Made by a program: the position numbers and the translations under genes
Shown: positions 58,158 to 64,000 of the stretch, piece after piece
How positions within the stretch are numbered: position 1 is the stretch's first letter
Layout: every line of letters starts with the position of its first letter
The notes under the pieces: model-generated
The model's input: the letters and a program-made list of their open reading frames with translations, nothing else
Told to the model about the DNA's origin: nothing
Databases searched by the model: none
From: Azolla caroliniana
Lineage: Eukaryota > Plantae > Polypodiophyta
Direction: 5' to 3'
NCBI GenBank assembly: GCA_043228905.1
Contig: JBHGNT010000003.1
Coordinates: forward strand, 8,184,001-8,248,000
Length of the DNA: 64,000 bases

Positions 58158-60360
58158 TGACAAGAACTACACGCTCCCTATGCGCAACGCTCGGCCACAA
58201 TCGAGCTGAGGATCATACACAGAAAATAGGAAATAAAGGCATGACACAAAGGAGAGAAGAGTACATAGGATGTTTACGTGGAAAACCCAAACTAGGGAAA
58301 AACCACGGCAGCCCACAAACTGCGAACTATCACTATATCACAATGATTACAACAGTGAGCTCACGGACGCAACGACCTCGTGCTCACGATCTTCGCTACA
58401 GGCGGCAGTTACAACAGAGGCAACAACCTCTTCATTTCTTTCTCCCTCTCTCTCTCTCTCTCTCTCTGCACACTGTTGCGCTCTAATCTTGCGCCAACAA
58501 GAATGACAACTACAGACATCTAAAGTTTGCCCTAAGACATATTTATACTAAAATGACTTTTCAGCTATTTACAAATATAGCCCCGATGGACTCTCAGAAA
58601 ACATATTTACGAATATGTCCCTTCATCCGGTGAGCACTCCTCATCGGGCCTGCATCATCCGGCACTTGCCGGGCACTCATCATCCGGTTCTCACTGGGTC
58701 TTCCGTTTCCGGGTACTCCTCATCCGGTTCTCACCGGGTCTTCCGTTGCCGGGTACTCCTCATCCGATTCTCACCGGGTCTTTCGTTGTCGGGTACTCCT
58801 CATCGGGTTCTCACCAGGTCTTCCGCTTTCGGGTACTCCTCATCCAAAGGGACATGTTTCCTAACAAACTCCCCCTTCACTCCGGCATGGGGTGTCTTAC
58901 TAGTCCAACCCGCTTCCGACATGCATCTAGCTTGTCAGGTGTCAGTACTTTGGTCAGCATATCTGACCCGTTCTCGGCCATGTGGATCTTCGTCAGCGCG
59001 AACTCCTGGTCATCTACTCTTTCCCGGATCCAATGATACCTACGTTGGATATGCTTCGTCCAGGAATGGTAGGCCGCATTCTTAGCAAGGTGGATAGCAT
59101 TTTGACTATCGCAATAGAGCCGGTATTCATCTTGCCGGATACCGAGCTCTCCGATGAAGTCCTTCATCCCTAATATTTCCTTGCCGGCTTCCACAGCCGC
59201 CATGTACTCCGCTTCCGTGGTTGACAACGCAACCATCTTCTACAGCCTCGACTGCCACGAAACAGCTCCCCCTGCATATGTCATTACATACCCGGATGTA
59301 GACTGGCTGGTATCCACATCAGCCGATATGTCTGAATCGATAAAACCGTCAAGTTGAGGTTTACCGGAGCCGAATCGGAGACACATATTTGAAGTGCCCT
59401 TCAAGTACCGGAGTATCCATTTGACCGCGTTCCAATGCTCCTTGCCAGGATTGCTCATAAACCGGCTCACCACTCCGACTGCGTATCCTATATTCGATCG
59501 GGTACACACCATTGCGTACATTAAGCTCCCGACGGCAGAGGCATATTGAACCTTCATGATATCAGCCTACTCTGCTTTCGTCTTCGGGCTTTGCTTACCG
59601 GACAATCTACAGTTTGCCAGGAGTGTCGATCCGACCGGTTTCGCTCCTAACATGTTTAACCGTTGAAGCACCTTTTTCACGTATTTCTCTTGTGACAGCC
59701 ATAGTTGCTTCATTGGCCGGTTCCGGATGATATGCATCCCCAACATCTGTCTTGCCGGACCCAAGTCTTTCATTGAGAAGGTCTGGTTGAGAGCCTTCTT
59801 TAGCATCCGTATTTTGGCTTGGTCTCATCCGACGATCAACATGTCGTCCACGTACAGAAGGAGTATCAAGAAGTCGTCTCCTTCGAACTTCTTCACAAAC
59901 ACGCAACTATTGGCTTGCGTCTTGTGGTACCCTTGATCGGTCCTGAAGGAGTCGAACTTCCGATACCATTGTCGAGGAGCCTCCTTCAGTCCGTACAGGC
60001 TCTTCTTCAACCAGCAAACCAGTTGCTCACTCCCTTTCTCCACGAATCCTTCCGGTTGCTGCATGTAGATCTCCTCTTCGAGGTCACCGTGAAGGAATTT
60101 CGTCTTCACGTCTAGCTGCTCTACCTCGAGGTCCATGCTTACCGTTATACTCAGCACCGTCCGGATGGAGGTCATCTTTACTACCGGGGCAAATATCTCG
60201 TCGAATTCCACGCCCTTCTTCTGCTGGAACCCCTTCACCACGATCCTGGCTTTATATCTCGGGGGGGTTGCCGGCATCTCCCGGTTTCAACTTGTACACC
60301 CACTTATTTCAGAGTGCCCACTTTCCTTTTGGCAACTCCACCAATTCGTACGTATGGTTC
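58158..60360 (-). mobile_element. Copia E-like element, 3' part (RT-RNase H-PPT-LTR 58158-58866), interrupted by A''
   Basis: ORFs 59825-60277, 59240-59557, 58877-59236; PPT GAAGGGGGAG; LTR TGTTAGG...TTGTCA. Confidence 0.9.
58669..58845. repeat. 40-bp tandem repeat x~4.5 in U3
   Basis: CATC(C/G)G.TTCTCAC recurs at 58681, 58721, 58761, 58801. Confidence 0.9.
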
Positions 60361-60640
60361 TGTTGAGAGACAAGCTCAACATCGACCGGATCGGCTGAAG
60401 AAGCCGAGGACCGGATCGGTTGGGACCGATCGGTTTGGCCGAGTGCGTAAACCGGGAGGCCGTTAGGAAAGATATTCCATGAGGAATATATTTGGGAGTT
60501 AGTGTAGGAGCTCTTAATGAGCATTGAAGTATGGTCAGTACTTCGGTCAGTCCTTCGAGGACTTGTATAAAAGTGTTCATGGAACTCACATATGAAGAGA
60601 GTGTGGTGAATAGAGATTTTAATATAGTTTTTGTCTTTTA

Positions 60641-60678
<38 letters not shown>

Positions 60679-62168
60679 CCGCATATACCGTGTAAGCTCA
60701 AGCTCTCCATTAAACCTGAGTTTCCTTCCTTCTGTTCGTTCTTCATACTTGCTTCCGCACGCTACTTTCTACATGGTATCAGAGCGTGAGGGTTGAGAAC
60801 CTCTCTGCAGCCGACACAGCTTGACGAAGAAGAACAAGAAGAACAATGGATAGAGGCATGGTGAGCTCGCTTCCAACAGAGAAGCTCGACAGAACCAACT
60901 ACGCGTCTTGGTTCTACAAGATGCACCAGTACCTGCTCGTGCACGGCTACTAGAGTTATGTCGAAGGAGCTAATGACGCGGCACCCGAATCGACACACAG
61001 AGACTTCCCGTCGTGGGAGCAATCGACGAGCAGGGTATTGTACTGCTTCGCGTCGTGTGTGGGCGAACAGCTATTGAGCTATGTTCGGGATGCAAAGATG
61101 CCGAAGGGTGCGTGGGAAAATCTGAAGAAGATTTTCGCCGCGAGCACCACAGCCAGGAAGCTTCAGCTCCGACAGGAGTTGAGCAACCTACGACAACGCA
61201 ACTTGTCGGTGGCAGACTATACCTCGAAGATCAAGGATATTTGCGACTCCCTCGCCTCCATAGAGGTGAACATCGAGGAGAGCGAGATGGTCCAGATCTG
61301 TCTCAGAGGTTTGGCGTCGAAGTTCGGAGCGTTCCGAACGGCTGTGTGTACCCGGGAGAATACGCCGTCCTTTTTCGACTTACAGTCGATGCTCCTGGAA
61401 GAGGAGAACCACGCGGGTGCGTCGACGAGCACGCACACTGATAGCAAGATGTTGTACACGGAGGGAGAAAGGCCCCGTGGTCGTGGCGAACGAGACGAGT
61501 CGGTACGCAATGGAAGCGACCGACGAGATCAAGGAAGAAGGCACCGAAGTGATGCCGACAGCAACTCCGGACCCTCCAGAAACAGGGGGAGTCAAAGCGA
61601 TGAGAACCGTCAAGGGAAGGCCATCGCGGAGTGCTAGTACTGTGGCAAGAAAGGCCACAGGGAAAGTGAGTGCTGGAAGAAGCGCGCCGATTCAGAGAGA
61701 ACCGGTTCCGGAAACGGCTCCAGACATACCGACAAGGGAAATCGGCAGCGATCGCACTACGTCGAAGACTCCGGGAGAGCCGGAGAAGGGTCTGCCTTCG
61801 TGACGAGACACGAAGCAAACTCAATGAAACGGACCACCCCGAGATCGGACGAGGTGTGGTACGTACACTCCGGCGTGTCAAACCACATGACGAGCCATAA
61901 GGAGTGGTTCTCGTACCTTGAAAAACCGATATAACCTGGAGTAGTCGCAACAGGAGACGACACTCTGCATCCGATCGCGAATGTCGAAGAAGTTCCCCTT
62001 AGCCATGTCGGGCAGAAAGGGAAACTCATGAACGTGCTGCACGTTCCGACAATCACGAAAAACTTGGTCTCGGTCGGAAAGATCGTCGACCAAGGGATGG
62101 AGGTTCAGTTTACACACCTCGGGTGCTTCATTGAGGAAGAAGGCCGTGTGATTGTGCAAGGGCTCAGA
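60361..62168 (+). mobile_element. Copia A'' 5' part (LTR 60361-60773, PBS 60774-60785, degenerate gag-protease), interrupted by E''
   Basis: LTR matches 4354-4742; MDRGMVSSLPTEKLD gag with stops. Confidence 0.93.
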
Positions 62169-64000
62169 TGTTGGGATTACGGTCCCTTCGCATGGGATGG
62201 TCGGATATCGGAGATGAATGCCGACAAGCCCGGTTTCGGTTTCGGATCCGGATGACGAAGACCCCGGTTTCGGTACCGGATGACGAATGTACCCGGAGAG
62301 CGATCCGGATGCAGGGACATATCCGTGAATATGTTCGCTATGGGCCCCTGAGGCTACAGTTGTAAATAGCCCAAAGTCATATAAGTATAAATATGACTTA
62401 GGGCAAATAGTTTAGTAGTTGCTTCTCATTTTTCTGTTTTTTCCACTCAAGAGGAGTGAAGTGTAAGCAGCCGTGAGAGAGAGAGAGATAGAGCGCGAGA
62501 GAGGAAGAGGTAGACGCCTCTGTGTATTTCCGCCGCCTGTGGCGAGGACAGCGAGCTCAAGGTCGTCGCCTTGCAGCTCGCCATTGTATACTTCTCTGTA
62601 TAGTGTTGGTTTGGAGTCTTGTACTCCCGTGGTTTTTCCCGTATAGGGTTTTCCACGTTAATCCCTGTGTACTCGCGTTTTGTTTCTCTTTGTGGTTCCT
62701 ATTTTCTGCTCCATCGATTCGCGCTTACTCGGTTGTGGCCGAGTGGTGAAGGTGAATAGAAGCGTCTATTCCTTACAAACTGGTATCAGAGCGACTGTTG
62801 CAGAAAATGGAAGGCGGCGGCAGCGGGCAGCCGGGGATGATGGTGCTGAATGCACAGAATTACGCCGACTGGAAGATCAAGATGGAGGATCTTCTGATTG
62901 TTCGGGACCTGTACGAACCGATTGACAGGTCGGAAATACCGAAGGGGGTACTTGAGTCGGAGTGGAAGCTCCTGAACCGGAAAGCCGTAGCGACGATCCG
63001 ACAATATGTCGATGTAAGCGTCCTACAACATGTGGCGAACGACACCAACGCATATGAGATGTGGAAGAAGCTGTCGGGCCTCTACGAGAGGAAGAATGCG
63101 TTGAACCGGACCTCCCTGATGAGGAAGATAGTGAACCTCAAGTACCGGGACGGCGAGAGTATGGTTGAACACGTAAGCACGTTCATGGGATTCGTGAACC
63201 AGCTTGCGGCGATTAAGTTCCCGTTGGAGGATGCAATGCAAGCCATCATCCTGATGTGTACATTGCCAGAAAGCTGGGAGAACTTGGTGGTGACTCTCAG
63301 CACCTCCTGCACCGAAGATAACTTGTCCTTACAGACGGTAAAGACAAGTATTTTGAATGAAGAAGCGCGTCGGAGAGATAAGGAACCGGCCTCCGACCCG
63401 AAGATGTTGTTTACCGAATCGGATCGGGGAAGACAATGGAACCGGAGTCCGCAAAGACGGGAGAAGTCGGGGACCCGGTCGCAGTCAAGAGGAAGGCCCA
63501 CATGCTTCCACTGTGGGAAGCCGGGGCACTTCCGAAAGAATTGTCGGCATTACCGAAAAGACAATGGAACCGACAACACCGATTCGAAGAAGTCACCGGA
63601 GAGAAACGGTGCATACCGGGGAGCCACGGACCGGAATGGTTCGGATCGGCGAGGACAGGACCGGAAAGGAACGACGGCACTCGCGGCAAGTGAAGAGGAG
63701 ATCATGCTCATCACCGAAGAAGGTGAACTAAACATTGCCGGCGATGAGACGACCTGGGTGGTCGATTCCGGAGCATCGTTCCACCTGACCCCGGAGAGAA
63801 GATACTTCTCATCCTACACAGCCGGCGAGCATGGCTGTGTTCGGATGGGAAACGAAGGTACGTGCCGGATTGCCGGCATAGGAGACGTGTGGTTGACAAC
63901 CCCGACCGGATGCAAAATGCTGCTGAAGAATGTCCGACACGTTCCGGAGGTCCGACTGAACCTGATTTCGGCCGGGAGGCTAGATGATGAAGGCTACACG
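62169..64000 (+). mobile_element. Copia E'' 5' part (LTR 62169-62777, PBS 62781-62792)
   Basis: TGTTGGGATTAC...CCTTACA + AAC + TGGTATCAGAGC. Confidence 0.93.
62807..64000 (+). CDS. E'' gag-pol N-terminus, runs off window
   Basis: MEGGGSGQPGMMVLNAQNYADWK..., Zn-knuckle, VVDSGAS; no stop noticed before the window end. Confidence 0.88.
   Translation, partial: MEGGGSGQPGMMVLNAQNYADWKIKMEDLLIVRDLYEPIDRSEIPKGVLESEWKLLNRKAVATIRQYVDVSVLQHVANDTNAYEMWKKLSGLYERKNALNRTSLMRKIVNLKYRDGESMVEHVSTFMGFVNQLAAIKFPLEDAMQAIILMCTLPESWENLVVTLSTSCTEDNLSLQTVKTSILNEEARRRDKEPASDPKMLFTESDRGRQWNRSPQRREKSGTRSQSRGRPTCFHCGKPGHFRKNCRHYRKDNGTDNTDSKKSPERNGAYRGATDRNGSDRRGQDRKGTTALAASEEEIMLITEEGELNIAGDETTWVVDSGASFHLTPERRYFSSYTAGEHGCVRMGNEGTCRIAGIGDVWLTTPTGCKMLLKNVRHVPEVRLNLISAGRLDDEGYT

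Noticed and set aside
4354-60773. LTRs 4354-4742 and 60361-60773 as ends of one giant element
   Set aside because: The first is a 3' LTR (PPT before it), the second a 5' LTR (PBS after it); they are separate copies.

Overview
Gene-free eukaryotic (land-plant-like) heterochromatic window made almost entirely of nested retroelements; no host gene, rRNA, intact tRNA gene or CRISPR array is supported. Family letters below are my own labels. Ty1/copia: family A (1-4742 +; A' 33228-45564 -, TSD ATCCA; A'' 60361 to window end +), B (4743-8798 -), C (25103-30981 +, TSD GATCT/GATCC; C-like relic 46084-48028 -), D (split fragment 11070-11259 / 23937-25086 -), and the Tnt1-like family E (35169-41896 -, TSD ATCTT, three LTRs, one uninterrupted ~1352-aa gag-pol; E'' 62169 to end +; E-like relics 48030-49490 + and 58158-60360 -). 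Ty3/gypsy: two chromovirus copies (8799-11069 +; a shattered - copy spread over 25087-45681) and two non-chromovirus elements, G1 (11260-23936, internally inverted/deleted) and G2 (50173-58157 -). Also a gag/pol-less LTR element (19216-23930 -) whose LTR carries a 5'-truncated LINE inserted in a (GA)n tract. Most notable: G1 and G2 have no polypurine tract next to the 3' LTR; in its place sits a conserved, inverted tRNA primer-binding-site-like motif (TGGCACGCCYGTGGGAC-hairpin-TYGAA(T)CCCAC) 2 nt from the LTR edge, suggesting tRNA-primed plus-strand synthesis. Both also share a ~950-1000-codon extra ORF after integrase. Copia A/C carry a duplicated PPT around an in-frame acidic/basic pol tail.
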